NCBI GenBank assembly: GCA_963726895.1
Contig: CAVSED010000026.1
Location: 128-64,127 of the forward strand
DNA length: 64,000 bases
From: an uncultured Chitinophagaceae bacterium
GTDB lineage: Bacteria > Bacteroidota > Bacteroidia > Chitinophagales > Chitinophagaceae
Direction of reading: 5' to 3'
The notes beneath the pieces were generated by a model, which searched no databases, was not told where the DNA came from, and was given only the letters and a program-made list of their open reading frames with translations. The number at the start of each line of letters is the position of its first letter. Positions within the stretch are counted from its first letter, which is position 1. This document shows, in pieces, positions 29,223-40,663 of this stretch. Made by a program: the position numbers and the translations under genes.

Positions 29223-32200
29223 ATGAAACTGCTGCTTTGCTATATCATACTTTTACTAGTTCTACAGCCAGCCTACGGGCAGCCGCTAACTTCTCCACTT
29301 CGTTTTACCAACTATAGTACTACTGATGGCTTGCCCACGAATAACATTAACGATATAATGCAGTGCAGCCGCGGCTTTATATGGATATCAACAGCGGAGG
29401 GACTTGTGCGATTTGATGGACAAAAGTTTAGCGTTTACCGGCATAACCGCGAAGATAGCAACAGCATGCCCTACGATGGTGTAGGTTGCTGTATAGAAAT
29501 AGATAACCAGGAATTGATTTTTAGTTGCGGACTAAAACTGTGGATGTTCAATACTGTTAGTAAGCAACAGCATGCCCCGCCACTATTCTGGCAAAAAAAA
29601 TTATTGCATGGGCTTTATTCTGTACATAATAATCTCATCGCCATTCAGTCAGCCGATAAAATATATTTCACTAATACTCATTTACAGGTGCTGGATTATG
29701 TAAAGGTTCCAGCAGCCGGAATAAAAAATATTTTTTACCTGGGCGAAAGGCGCTTTTTACTTTCCACGGGTAAGCAAACATTTTGGTATTCTTTAAAAAA
29801 TAAAAAAACAGGAGAATGGAAGATCTCTGTTATTCCCTTCCATCCTGATGATGTGTACGATATTACACAGGTAGATACCGCTAGCAAAATAATTTATGCA
29901 TTTGGTTATATAAAAGGCGCTTTTAAAATAAGTTATGATACTGCAAATCCCCTTTTTTTAAATCCCTTGCATTTATCATACAGTTATATTGGAAGTATCA
30001 AAAATGTTTTCTTTAAGGACGGAACGCTCGTTGTTGCCGGAGAATGGGGATTATCTATTGTCCAGCCAGGCTATCCACCTATGATCATACAAAATTTAGC
30101 TCATAACAGCAACGGCCTTTTACCTGGCATTCAAACAAAGACAATTGCTGATAAGTCGGACAATTTTTGGGCGGTCGGTGTAAATGGTATAAGCAGATTT
30201 AATCTTCAGCAGTCAAATTATATTTACTGGAAACTGCCATATACATCTCCCCTTACAATAGAGAGATATGAAAAATCCGGTAAAAATTTATGGATGTGCA
30301 ATCAGTCTAAAGGCAGCATGTATCTTGATACAAAAATGCAACAACTGCATATTATTGACAGTACTATTGTAAACAATTGCTGGGGCATAAAACCTGTAAC
30401 CAACAATTTATACATCTACGGCAACAGTACTTTGGGCAAATATGCATCTAACCCATATAATGTAAAGCTGCTAGCATACAATCCATCGAATAAAAAAATA
30501 ACCAAACCCTCCTTCTTAAATGCTTATACCAAAGATGCAGAACTGATAACACTCATCTATAAGACCCATAATGGAGACGTATGGTATAGTATTAATAGAG
30601 GCGGCGGTCTGGTACGGCAGCAAGCCAATAAATTTACTCATTACAGCCGCAACACTTCTGCGTCTTCATGCAATTTTTCTTATGTGAACATTGCGGCAGA
30701 AGATACAGCAGGCAATATATACTTTACGGTAAATAAAAGCAACCATGTACTTGTCTGGAAAAGCAAAGCGCAGCATTTGGAAGAATGGAAGATGGACAGC
30801 CTGATGCATGTAAACAATAATTTGATAAATGTTATACTCTGCCATGTTATAGATAAAAACCAAAATCTCTGGATGTCTTTTGAGCAAACGGGTTTGCTGA
30901 AGTATAATCTTAGTAGCGGTAAAGGAAAACTTTATACGCTGGAAGATGGATTGCAAAGCAACAGTTTTGATTGCATGGTAAGCGATGATGCAGGCAATAT
31001 ATGGATCCCTTCAGAAAAAGGGTTGGGTTGTCTGCTTGCGGCTACCGATAAATTTGTCAATTTTACTGCTGAGGATGGTTTGCCCTTTACCAATTTCCAT
31101 GATTGCTATTTATATTTTGATAAAGACGATGGCTCGCTATATTTCAGCAAAGAAGGCTACTTATATAAAATGAATGCAGCGCAATTATTAAGGTCTAAAA
31201 AACAGCACAGCGCAAAACTTTTTATCGACGCCATGCAGGTAAACGGGAATCCATATTATTTTTCCAATATCAGCGATATACAACTGCAGCCAAACGAAAA
31301 CAACCTGCAGTTTACCTTTACACTGTTAGATTTAGGTCAAACTATTCAGCAAAAAAATTATGAATATCTACTAACAAGAAACAATGAAAAATCCAACTGG
31401 CAAAAACTTAACACTGTAAATGTTGTAGCCTTCAATGACCTTAAACCCGGTGCCTACATGCTGCAAGTGCGCATGCCTGATGAAGCTATAAATAGCTATA
31501 TCACCGGCAGTAATTTTTTTCATTTTACTATTACAACCGTTTGGTATAAAACTGCATGGTTTATAGGGCTGTACATTGCAGCAGGCGCATTTATTATATG
31601 GGCGTTCATACGTTTATATTATCAAAAAAAATTAGAACAGCAGAAAGCTTTGCTTGAAAAAGAAAAAGCTCTCGAAGAAGAACGAAACCGTATAGCCGCC
31701 GATATGCACGACGATATAGGTGCAGGTCTCAGCCGCATACGGTATATTACTTCAGCAATGAAAGAAGGCAAAGGTTTGGATAATAATGATGTCGATAAAA
31801 TAATGAGCCTGAGTGACGAATCGATTGAAAAAATGAATGAAATAATTTGGAGCTTAAACCAGGGTAACCGGAATTTAGATGAATTGATTTATTATATCCG
31901 CAGTCAGTGTGCAACCCTGGTAAGCAATGCCAACCTTGCATTTGTTTGTGAGTTGCCACCTTTTATTCCGCAACAAAATTTGGGTTGGAATGAAAGCCGC
32001 AATATGTACATGCTTGCAAAAGAAGCAGTGAATAATGCTATAAAACATGCCGAAGCATCCCTCATAACTTTAGACTTTTCATTCCAAAATGACTTTGTAA
32101 TTGCAATTGCTGATAATGGCAAAGGTTTCAATGCTGCATCTGCAAACAAAGACGGCAATGGCTTAAAGAATTATGAGAAAAGAACTGCCGCATTCCACGG

Positions 32201-32270
32201 CACATTCAGCATCGACACTTCACCTGGTACCGGTACAAAAGTGATTTTCCGGTTTATACTTACTCCCTGA
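29223..32270 (+). CDS. Sensor histidine kinase with beta-propeller/Y_Y_Y periplasmic region and HisKA_3 domain
   Basis: YSTTDGLP propeller motifs; ERNRIAADMHDDIG; KEAVNNAIKHA; DNGKGF; GNGLKN. Confidence 0.93.
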   Translation: MKLLLCYIILLLVLQPAYGQPLTSPLRFTNYSTTDGLPTNNINDIMQCSRGFIWISTAEGLVRFDGQKFSVYRHNREDSNSMPYDGVGCCIEIDNQELIFSCGLKLWMFNTVSKQQHAPPLFWQKKLLHGLYSVHNNLIAIQSADKIYFTNTHLQVLDYVKVPAAGIKNIFYLGERRFLLSTGKQTFWYSLKNKKTGEWKISVIPFHPDDVYDITQVDTASKIIYAFGYIKGAFKISYDTANPLFLNPLHLSYSYIGSIKNVFFKDGTLVVAGEWGLSIVQPGYPPMIIQNLAHNSNGLLPGIQTKTIADKSDNFWAVGVNGISRFNLQQSNYIYWKLPYTSPLTIERYEKSGKNLWMCNQSKGSMYLDTKMQQLHIIDSTIVNNCWGIKPVTNNLYIYGNSTLGKYASNPYNVKLLAYNPSNKKITKPSFLNAYTKDAELITLIYKTHNGDVWYSINRGGGLVRQQANKFTHYSRNTSASSCNFSYVNIAAEDTAGNIYFTVNKSNHVLVWKSKAQHLEEWKMDSLMHVNNNLINVILCHVIDKNQNLWMSFEQTGLLKYNLSSGKGKLYTLEDGLQSNSFDCMVSDDAGNIWIPSEKGLGCLLAATDKFVNFTAEDGLPFTNFHDCYLYFDKDDGSLYFSKEGYLYKMNAAQLLRSKKQHSAKLFIDAMQVNGNPYYFSNISDIQLQPNENNLQFTFTLLDLGQTIQQKNYEYLLTRNNEKSNWQKLNTVNVVAFNDLKPGAYMLQVRMPDEAINSYITGSNFFHFTITTVWYKTAWFIGLYIAAGAFIIWAFIRLYYQKKLEQQKALLEKEKALEEERNRIAADMHDDIGAGLSRIRYITSAMKEGKGLDNNDVDKIMSLSDESIEKMNEIIWSLNQGNRNLDELIYYIRSQCATLVSNANLAFVCELPPFIPQQNLGWNESRNMYMLAKEAVNNAIKHAEASLITLDFSFQNDFVIAIADNGKGFNAASANKDGNGLKNYEKRTAAFHGTFSIDTSPGTGTKVIFRFILTP

Positions 32271-32409
32271 TAGCAACCCTAAGAAATGTTATATTGTTAA
32301 TGCAATTGCCTAAAAGTAGTTTTAATAAACTTTTAAAATGTAACACCAAAACCAAAACAGGGAGATTCTCTCTTGCACAAACAAGGCTACGTTTTAATTT
32401 TTATTACAA

Positions 32410-32483
32410 TTTTTAGCCAGGCTATATAACTAAATGCTACGACCGTTGCTGCCTGCCGCCGCGGCGGGTCGTACTCTTGTACA
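32410..32483 (+). repeat. Bipartite type A repeat with a different hairpin insert (32452-32468)
   Basis: GTTGCTG[CCTGCCGCCGCGGCGGG]TCGTACTCTTGTACA. Confidence 0.75.
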
Positions 32484-32929
32484 GTATTAATTCTCGGCTT
32501 TGCAGGTGTTTTTCACCTGTAAAAATAGATGCACAAAAAAACTGTTGGTGAAGAACACCAACAGCGGCGAATTCTGCTGAACAAATAAAGAACCTGCATA
32601 TTTCTGTAACCTTCTTGTCATGAAAAAAGTTATCCCTTCAAAGTCGACAATCGGGAAAACAAAATACCGGATTCTTTAAGGAAAAATTATTGTACTGTAG
32701 TGCAAATTACTGGTTGCAGAATGGTTTTGCCCTGGGGCAAGAGCAGGTGTGTTGATGACACAGGGTAAATAGAAAAGTCTTCCAATCGTCTTATAAAACA
32801 GTAATCAGGAGCGGCTGCAAAAACTACTGATGTAAAGCTTTAAAGTAGGATTTAGTATCAATTCGAAATCATAAAAGCCTTATACAGTATCATTTTTTTT
32901 AAAAATGAATTGTTTCTAAATATTCAATT

Positions 32930-35900
32930 ATGAAAAAGTTTTTACTCATTACCAGCACAGCTTTACTCTTTTGTGTTGCAGCCGCCAATGGACAAACAAA
33001 ACTATATGGCCTTACTAATTTAGGAGGTTCAAGTGGCGGTAGTCAGCCGCTTGGCACCATTTTCAATTACAACACTGCTACTGCCACTAATACTTTAGAC
33101 CATTCGATGAATTATTTTACGGCTGGGGGAAACCCTCAATATACTAACCTGACCGAAGGTGATAATAATAAATTTTATGGAATGACATCGGCAGAAGGCG
33201 TATACAACAAAGGTGTCATTTTTGAATGGGATCCATACAACCAATGTTTATACAAAAAAAATTGATTTCGATGGAAGCAACGGAGAAAATCCATAGGGTT
33301 CACTTACTTTTTATAATGGTAAAATGTATGGCATGACACAGGCGGCGGAACCAATGGATACGGGGTTATTTTTGAGTGGGACCCTGTCACGAACAGCTAT
33401 ACTAAAAAAATAGACTTCGGTGATGAGATAAGTGCCGATGGACCAGTAGGAAGCTTAGTAGTAAACAATGGTAAATTATATGGCGCAACATCGGAGCCAT
33501 TTTTGAATGGGATCCGACTACAAATATTTTTACAAAAAAAATTGATTTTGACTACAGGTATTTGAGGTAGACTTAGATGGATTTAATCACGGACCAATGT
33601 GGTAATGGTTTCCTGACATTTAGCAATGGCAAATTTTATGGAATGACCCTTGGTGGAGGAGTAAATAACCAGGGTACTATTTATGAATGGGACCCGGTAA
33701 CAAACATTTACGGTAAAAAATTTGATTTTAACACCGATGATGGAGGCGACCTTTGGATCGCTAACCATGTTAGATGGTAAATTTTATGGAATGACTCAGC
33801 AGTCGGAGGAGCAAATAACGGAGGCGTTATTTTCGAATGGGATCCTGTTACTAACATTTATACAAAAAAAATAGACCTTAATGAAACGATGGTTACTATG
33901 CCATTCGGTCATTAACAGAAAGCAATGGGAAATTGTATGGACTAACTTCATCGGGTGGCGCAGGTGATGGCGGCGTTATTTTCGAATACGATCCTGCAAC
34001 TAATATTTATATAAAAAAAATAGACCTTAATGTATTATGACCAGACCACAACCGGCTTTGCGCCAAAGGGATCGCTAACTTTTAAAAAGGCAAGTTCTAT
34101 GGACTATGCCTTCAAGGTGGTATAAATGGTATGGGGACTATTTTTGAATGGGATCCTGCCACTAATATTTATACCAAAAAAATAGACCTTAACGAAAATA
34201 ATGGAACCATTTTCACTGGTTCTTTAACCCAAAAAGAGGGGAAATTTTATGGTACTACATTTAGGGGCGGTGCGTTCGACCTGGGTGTTATTTTTGAGTT
34301 TGATCCGGAAACAAATGTTTATACCCGAAAAATAGACTTTGACAAAAGTGACGCAGCATCTCCTGCGGGATCATTAACACTTGTAGGCAATAAATTTTAT
34401 GGTGTAAAACGGTATCCATGGTATATCAACACCGGTACACATGCTATTTTTGAATGGGACCCACTCACAAACATTTATACAGATAAAATAAGCTTACCGA
34501 TAGAACCGGAAGGCACGTTAACTCTGTTTAATGGAAAACTATACGGAATGGGTCAGGTCAATATATTTGAGTACGACCCTGTCGCAAATATATATACCAA
34601 TAAAATTGACCTTCCGCCCGGCATAATTCCTGTTGGCTGCATTGGTTTTAAAAGATGGGAAATTTTATGGAATGACAGAATATGGCGGGGTAAATAATAA
34701 AGGGATGATTTTTCAATGGGATCCTGCAACAAATGTTTACGCCAAAAAAGTAGATTTTGATGGTACAAACGGAGCAAGCCCAGCGGGATCTTTAACCTTG
34801 AAAGGAGACAAATTTTATGGAATGACTACCCTGGGGGGATTAAACCCAGGATCTGACGGAGGTTCAGGTACTGGTCTCTTTCCAAATGCCGGTGTTATTT
34901 TTGAGTGGGACCCTGCCACAAATATTTACACGAAAAATATAGACTTAGATAAAGTTACTGGGTCTGGTTCCTTTCGGATCCTTGGTGCTTAGTGGCAGTA
35001 AATTCTATGGTATGACACTTTATGGTGGAGCAAATGACAAAGGAGTTGTTTTTGAATGGGATCCCTCCACCAATGTATATACCAAAACAGTTGATTTTTC
35101 AACGGCTGACGGCCATTATTTTTTTAGCGATTTTGCAGTCTATAATACCACTCCTTCCATTTCTATTAAGGCATCTCTCTCCGGTACTGTGTGTCCAAAT
35201 ACCGCGGTTACATTTACCAGCGTTATTCAACACGGCGGTGATGCACCGTTTTACCAATGGCAAAAAAATGGACAGAATGTTGGAAGTAACAACGCCACAT
35301 ATACCAACGACGCATGGATAAATGGAGATGTAATAACCTGTACACTTACCAGCAATGCAACTTATATTACCTCCAATGATATAACGAGTAACAGCATTAC
35401 CATACCGGTAAGCACTGTGCCCCTTGCTGCTTCAGTACATGTTGATCTTACTTCGGGCAGTTTACCTGCCTGCGCAAATGAGCCGCTTATTTTTACTGCA
35501 ACCATTGTAAACGGTGGCGACGTTATTTATCAATGGCAAAAAAATGGTATCAATACCGGCAGCAACTCGCCTGTTTACAGCAACAATTCGTGGGTAGCGG
35601 GAGATATAGTCAAATGCACCATCACCAGCAGCTTATCATGTGCCTCACCGGCTACTGCAAGCAGCAGCATGACCATACCAGTGACTACTGTTAACCTGGT
35701 TCCTACAGTTAGCATTGCACTTACATCGGGCAGTAACCCTATGTGTGCAGGCGAGACTGCCACGTTTACGGCAACCGTAGCTAATGGTGGTGATACCCCA
35801 ATCTATCAATGGCTGATAAGTAACTTCAACTACACCATTAATGTCGGCGATAATTCACCCACCTTCACCTACAATGCTTTTATCAGCGGCGATATCGTGA

Positions 35901-38415
35901 GATGCTGGATCACTTCAAATAAGCCATGTGCTACCCAGCCTACAGCCATAAGCAGTGGCATTACTGTACGCATACCTGCCAGGATAACCTATTACCGTGA
36001 TGCGGATAATGATGGCTTTGGTGATCCTAATAATTCAACCGGCGCTTGTTCATCTGTCGCGCCTGCCGGTTATGTAAGCAATAGCATTGATTGTGATGAT
36101 ACCAGGCAGACTTATGGAGACCTTGATGGCGATGGTTTTGGAGCAGGATCGTACAGCCCGTGTGGCGTAGCCAATAATACCGATTGCAATGACAACCCCG
36201 CCAACGGTGGTGCAAGTGTTCACGCACCACAGACTTTTTACGCTGATTATGATAATGATGGGTTTGGTGACCCGAACAGTCCCGCCACTTTTTGTTCATC
36301 TGATCCACCTAACCCGTTCTATGTAAGCAACTCATTGGATTGCAATCCTGACCAGACAACCTACGCAGATAATGACGGTGACGGTTATGGTGCAGGGCCG
36401 GCTACTCCATGCGGGGTAGCGGATAATACAGATTGGGATGACAATGATCCCAACGTTCACACACCACCAAGTTGCACTACAACCTCGTCAGAAACATCAA
36501 TCCGGGCTTGCAGTCCCTTTAACTGGAATGGTGCATCATACACTTTATCCGGCGCGTATTCTTACCAAACCATTAATGCTGCAGGTTGCGACAGCACAGC
36601 CATTTTATACCTCACCATTGTAGCTCCTTCAAAACCTTCAACACCACCAGCCATCAGTGGACCAACTAATGTTTGCCCTTATATAGGCTCTGGTACCGCC
36701 ACATATTCAGTATCGCCTGCGCCTGCCAATGTAGTTACATACAGGTGGACCTTACCTTCTACCATTACGATTTTATCAGCAACAAATAATTCATCATCCA
36801 TCACGGTAAGCGTTGATCCTGCCTTTGTAACAAGCACCAACAAAAACATCAAAGTAAAAGCGCTGGGATGCTCTGCCAGCAGTGGAGACAGATCGTTAAC
36901 ATTATCGTCTCCTATTCCTTCCACACCAGGGTCTATAACTGGTCCTGCTGACGTGTGCCCATTAATGCCGACTGCTGAACACCCTGCAGGAATACAGGCT
37001 ACATACACGATTAGAAAAGTTACCAATGCAATTTCATACAATTGGGTAGTACCTGCATTCGTAACGGTAAATGATCACCCCGGTGGTATTGGAACGGCAA
37101 ATGACACCAGTATCGTTGTCAGCTATACCAGCGATTTTGTAAAAGACACGATAAGGGTAACTGCTATTAATGACTGCAAGACGAGCAGCGAAAGAAAGCT
37201 GACTGTATCGAAAATATTACCATCCCAGCCCGGTACCATTTACGGGGATGTTTTATTTGCTACACCAGGCATCAGAGATGTTTGTCCTTTCGTTGGGATC
37301 GGATCAGTGACTTATGTTATTAGGAAAGTACCTAAAGCAACAGCATACACCTGGTCATTCACGGGAGCATCAGCTGCATATGCTTCTATCTCACATCCCA
37401 ATGGAAGTGGTATAAACGATACCATCATATCTGTAAACATCACGGCCGGTTTTACGACTGCTGATTTAGAGGTACGAGCTGAAAAAGAATGCGGCTCAAG
37501 TGCAAGCAGGTTGCTTACATTGTCTGCAAAACCACCGTCAATACCAGGTGCCATCTTTGGAGATGCTTTCTCAACAATACTCCCAATCATAGACCCTTGC
37601 CCAGTCATTTTTAGCGGCAGTGGATCATTAACTTACGCCGTAAAAAAAGTGTTTAAAGCTGTTCCTACGATTGGGAATTTACCGGCCCGGGTGCTGCTTA
37701 TGCAACTATTGCCCATCCAAATGGCCCCGGTATAAATGATACCGTAATAACTGTAAGCTTTACTTCTGATTTCACAACAGCTACCTTATCAGTAAAATCA
37801 GTAAGGCCCTGCGGCAGCAGCAACCCCCGAAATTTAGTAATTACTAAAAAAGCACCTTCTCCTCCTGTTATTAGCGGCAATGCTTCTCCCTGCCCGTCAA
37901 CAACAGAAGCCTATGATGCGTTCTCACCAACAGCAAGCAGCTATATATGGACTGTTCCTGGAAAAGCAAGTATCGTCGGGCCAACTACCGGATCTTCCAT
38001 CGCTGTAAACTTTCTATCCACCTTCGTTAGCGGGAGTATCACTGTAAAGGCAGTGTCAGTTTGCGGTACAAGTACTGCAAAAAGCTTCGCAGTTGCCAAA
38101 TGTTCCGTCCAATCCAGGTCATCACTTCCAGTCATCGTTCAGGAGCAGACCGTTGTGCCAGGCATCAACATTTATCCCGATCCCTCAAACGGACAGTTCA
38201 ATATTTCTATAGCAGGTGCAATATATAAAACGGGTAATGCTGCAATGGTTGAAATTGCTGATGAATATGGACAAATAGTTTACCGGAAAACTGTGGATTT
38301 TTTTGATAACATCATCAATATAAAAATGGATAGGAGATTATCTAACGGAATGTACATGGTTCACTGCACTATTAATGGGGGAAAATTCACAGGGAAAATG
38401 ATCGTCAACCGGTAG
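32930..38415 (+). CDS. Large T9SS protein: tandem Gloeo/Verruco (GloVer)-type repeats, Ig-like domains, DxDxDG-Cys repeats, PKD-like domains and CTD; multiply interrupted
   Basis: Repeated GKFYGMT..GG...G.IFEWDP.TN.YTKKID units across several ORFs; IYPDPSNG...NGMYMV C-terminus. Confidence 0.8.
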
Positions 38416-38456
38416 CAAAATCGATCGGTAGAATTGCAATCAATTTATACAAGAAT

Positions 38457-38491
38457 AAGAGGTGGCTATTGTACAGCCGCCTCTTGTTTTT
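38457..38491 (+). terminator. Rho-independent terminator
   Basis: AAGAGGTGGCT...AGCCGCCTCTTGTTTTT. Confidence 0.7.
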
Positions 38492-38497
38492 AAATAA

Positions 38498-38992
38498 AAC
38501 TTCCATGGGTAATTTCGGGAAACAGTGCAGTCTGGTTTTTGGAGACCAGCAAAGGAACCAATGAAGAGGCATAGTTGCCCCGCCATACAGGTGGGCTCCG
38601 TTTGCCGGAAGAGCATTGTTGAAATGTCGAATTGTTGAATTGTTGATTTGTTGATTTGTTAAGACGCTTTCTTTTTAAACCACAGAGACACAAACGGCAC
38701 AAAGAGACACAAAGGTTTACCTTGTTGAATTGAGATATTGTTGAATTGTTTTTTGAGCCACAAGGACGCAAAGGGCACAAAGAGACACAAAGGTTTACCT
38801 TGTTGAATGGTTCAATGGTTATATTGTTGGCTTTATAATTCCCTTTGTAGATTGAAACTCCCTCAGGTCTGTTTAAATCACCGTATAATTTCATAGATCT
38901 ACTCCGCTTCACAAGGCGTTGCGGACGAACGGAGCCCCGCTGTATGGCGGGGCAACTCTGCCCTCACAAAGATCTAGTGCTGGTCACCAAAA
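38498..38992. repeat. Repeat cluster: two hairpin-filled type B copies in inverted orientation, TTGTTGA(A/T) octamers and two ..CACAAAGAGACACAAAGG units
   Basis: 38536-38603 (+) and 38928-38992 (-); left part homologous to 27600-27720. Confidence 0.85.
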
Positions 38993-39067
38993 CCACAACA
39001 CACTCCCCCACCCTTTCCAATCCTCATCGTTCCGTCTTATCTTGATTGCTTCTAAACATAACATACA

Positions 39068-39418
39068 ATGGCATACGACACTTTACTTGCTGACCTGGTA
39101 CGGGAGCACCTGGAGGAGATCGGCGGATTGCAGATCGAAGAAAAGAAAATGTTTAGTGGTTTGGCCTTTCTCGTCAATGGCAAGATGTGTATTAACATAA
39201 GTGGTGATAACCTGATGTGCCGCTTCGACCCGGCGATGCAGGCTGAAGTTGCCGAACGAAATGGCTTTCGCTCTATGATCATGAAGGGCAAAGAAATGAA
39301 TGGTTTCTGCTATGTAGAACCCGCAGGATTTGCCAATGAAAAAGACTTTCAGTATTGGCTAAACCTGTGCCTGGTCTTTAATGATAAAGCAAAAAAATCG
39401 GGAAAGAAGAAAAAATAA
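39068..39418 (+). CDS. TfoX/Sxy N-terminal family protein
   Basis: MAYDTLLADLVRE...EKKMFSGLAFLVNGKMC. Confidence 0.88.
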   Translation: MAYDTLLADLVREHLEEIGGLQIEEKKMFSGLAFLVNGKMCINISGDNLMCRFDPAMQAEVAERNGFRSMIMKGKEMNGFCYVEPAGFANEKDFQYWLNLCLVFNDKAKKSGKKKK

Positions 39419-39458
39419 TTTGCTTGATTTGCAATGAGCTACCACCAAAACAAATTGC

Positions 39459-40256
39459 ATGATAAATTCGGAAAAATACAATGTAGCCTGGGAACAATTG
39501 AAAAAAATTGATAGTGAGCTCGGTGATAAAATAGTAAGCGGTCTGCAGGACATTTCACCTGAGCTGGGACGATTGATAATAGAGTATGGCTTTGGTGATA
39601 TCTATTCAAGACCTGGGCTTTCGATGAAAGAAAAAGAAATAGCGGTAGTGGCTGCGTTGACGGCATTGGGCACGGCACCTTCACAACTAAAAATACATTT
39701 GAATGGAGCATTGCATACCGGTTGCACAGTAAGCGAAATTAAAGAAGTGATTTTGCAGATGGCAGTCTATGCTGGCTTTCCAAGATGTGTCAATGGTATG
39801 TTCGCACTGAAAGAAATAATACAGGAACGGCGGGCAGCGGGCAAACAAGATGCAACAGGAGCTGAGGCAACTGAATATGCAGGCGTTGAAGACAGGTTGC
39901 AACGTGGTACAAAAGAATTGAACGAACTGGATAATACGCAACTTGAAAAACTGGAAGAAAACTTTGGTGAACTCGCGCCGGAACTGGTACAATTTACCCT
40001 GGAGTTTGGCTATGCCGATATTTTTTCAAGAGACAATCTCGATAAAAAATACAGGCAAATCGCTACAATTGCTGCACTAACCGTAATGGGCAATGCGCTG
40101 CCCCAATTAAAGTTTCATATTGGCGCTGCGCTAAGCATCGGACTGAGTGCCGACACGATAAAAGAGATCATGTTGCTGATGACGATCTATGCAGGTTTTC
40201 CTGCGGCCATCAATGGTACCTATGCGCTGAAGCAGGTGCTGGAAGAAGAGTTGTAA
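39459..40256 (+). CDS. Carboxymuconolactone decarboxylase family protein (two tandem domains)
   Basis: Twice: (G/A)DI(Y/F)SR..L...IA...AL...QLK.H..AL...YAGFP. Confidence 0.9.
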   Translation: MINSEKYNVAWEQLKKIDSELGDKIVSGLQDISPELGRLIIEYGFGDIYSRPGLSMKEKEIAVVAALTALGTAPSQLKIHLNGALHTGCTVSEIKEVILQMAVYAGFPRCVNGMFALKEIIQERRAAGKQDATGAEATEYAGVEDRLQRGTKELNELDNTQLEKLEENFGELAPELVQFTLEFGYADIFSRDNLDKKYRQIATIAALTVMGNALPQLKFHIGAALSIGLSADTIKEIMLLMTIYAGFPAAINGTYALKQVLEEEL

Positions 40257-40663
40257 GTTGTAAGTTGTAAGTTGTAAGTTTTAAGTTTTAGGTGGAAGGT
40301 GGAAGGTGGAAGGTAGAAGGTGGATGGTAGAAGGTGGAAGGTGGAAGGTAGAAGGTAGAAGGTGGAAGGTGGAAGTTTTAAGTTTTAAGTTTTAAGTTTT
40401 CGTTTTTAATTTTTAATTTTTTAGTTTTCGTTTTGTCTTTCAAAGCATTCTTGTTAATCTTCAATTTTTAGTTCTGAATTTTAATTCTAATTTTTTAATT
40501 CCTACTTCTGAATTCTAAATTCATAATTCCTAACTCCTAACTCATAATTCATAATTCAAAATTCATAACTCCTAAATCTTAACTTTTAGCTCTAACTCAT
40601 AACTCAAAATTCTTAACTCTTAACTTATAATTCTTAACTCATAATTCATAACCTTAACTTCTT
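40250..40663. repeat. Heptamer tandem tracts filling the gap between convergent genes
   Basis: GTTGTAA x4, GT(G/A)GAAG ~12x, TTTTAAG, then TAA(C/T)TC(A/C/T) units. Confidence 0.95.

Noticed and set aside
32930-38415. Diversity-generating retroelement target
   Set aside because: No reverse transcriptase and no template/variable repeat pair with adenine-specific differences was seen.
38490-38912. 140-aa ORF; likewise 41636-42214, 21505-21747, 28010-28400 and the 27549-27875 extension
   Set aside because: These are translations of non-coding repeats (LCVSLC-type peptides) with no recognisable protein family signal.
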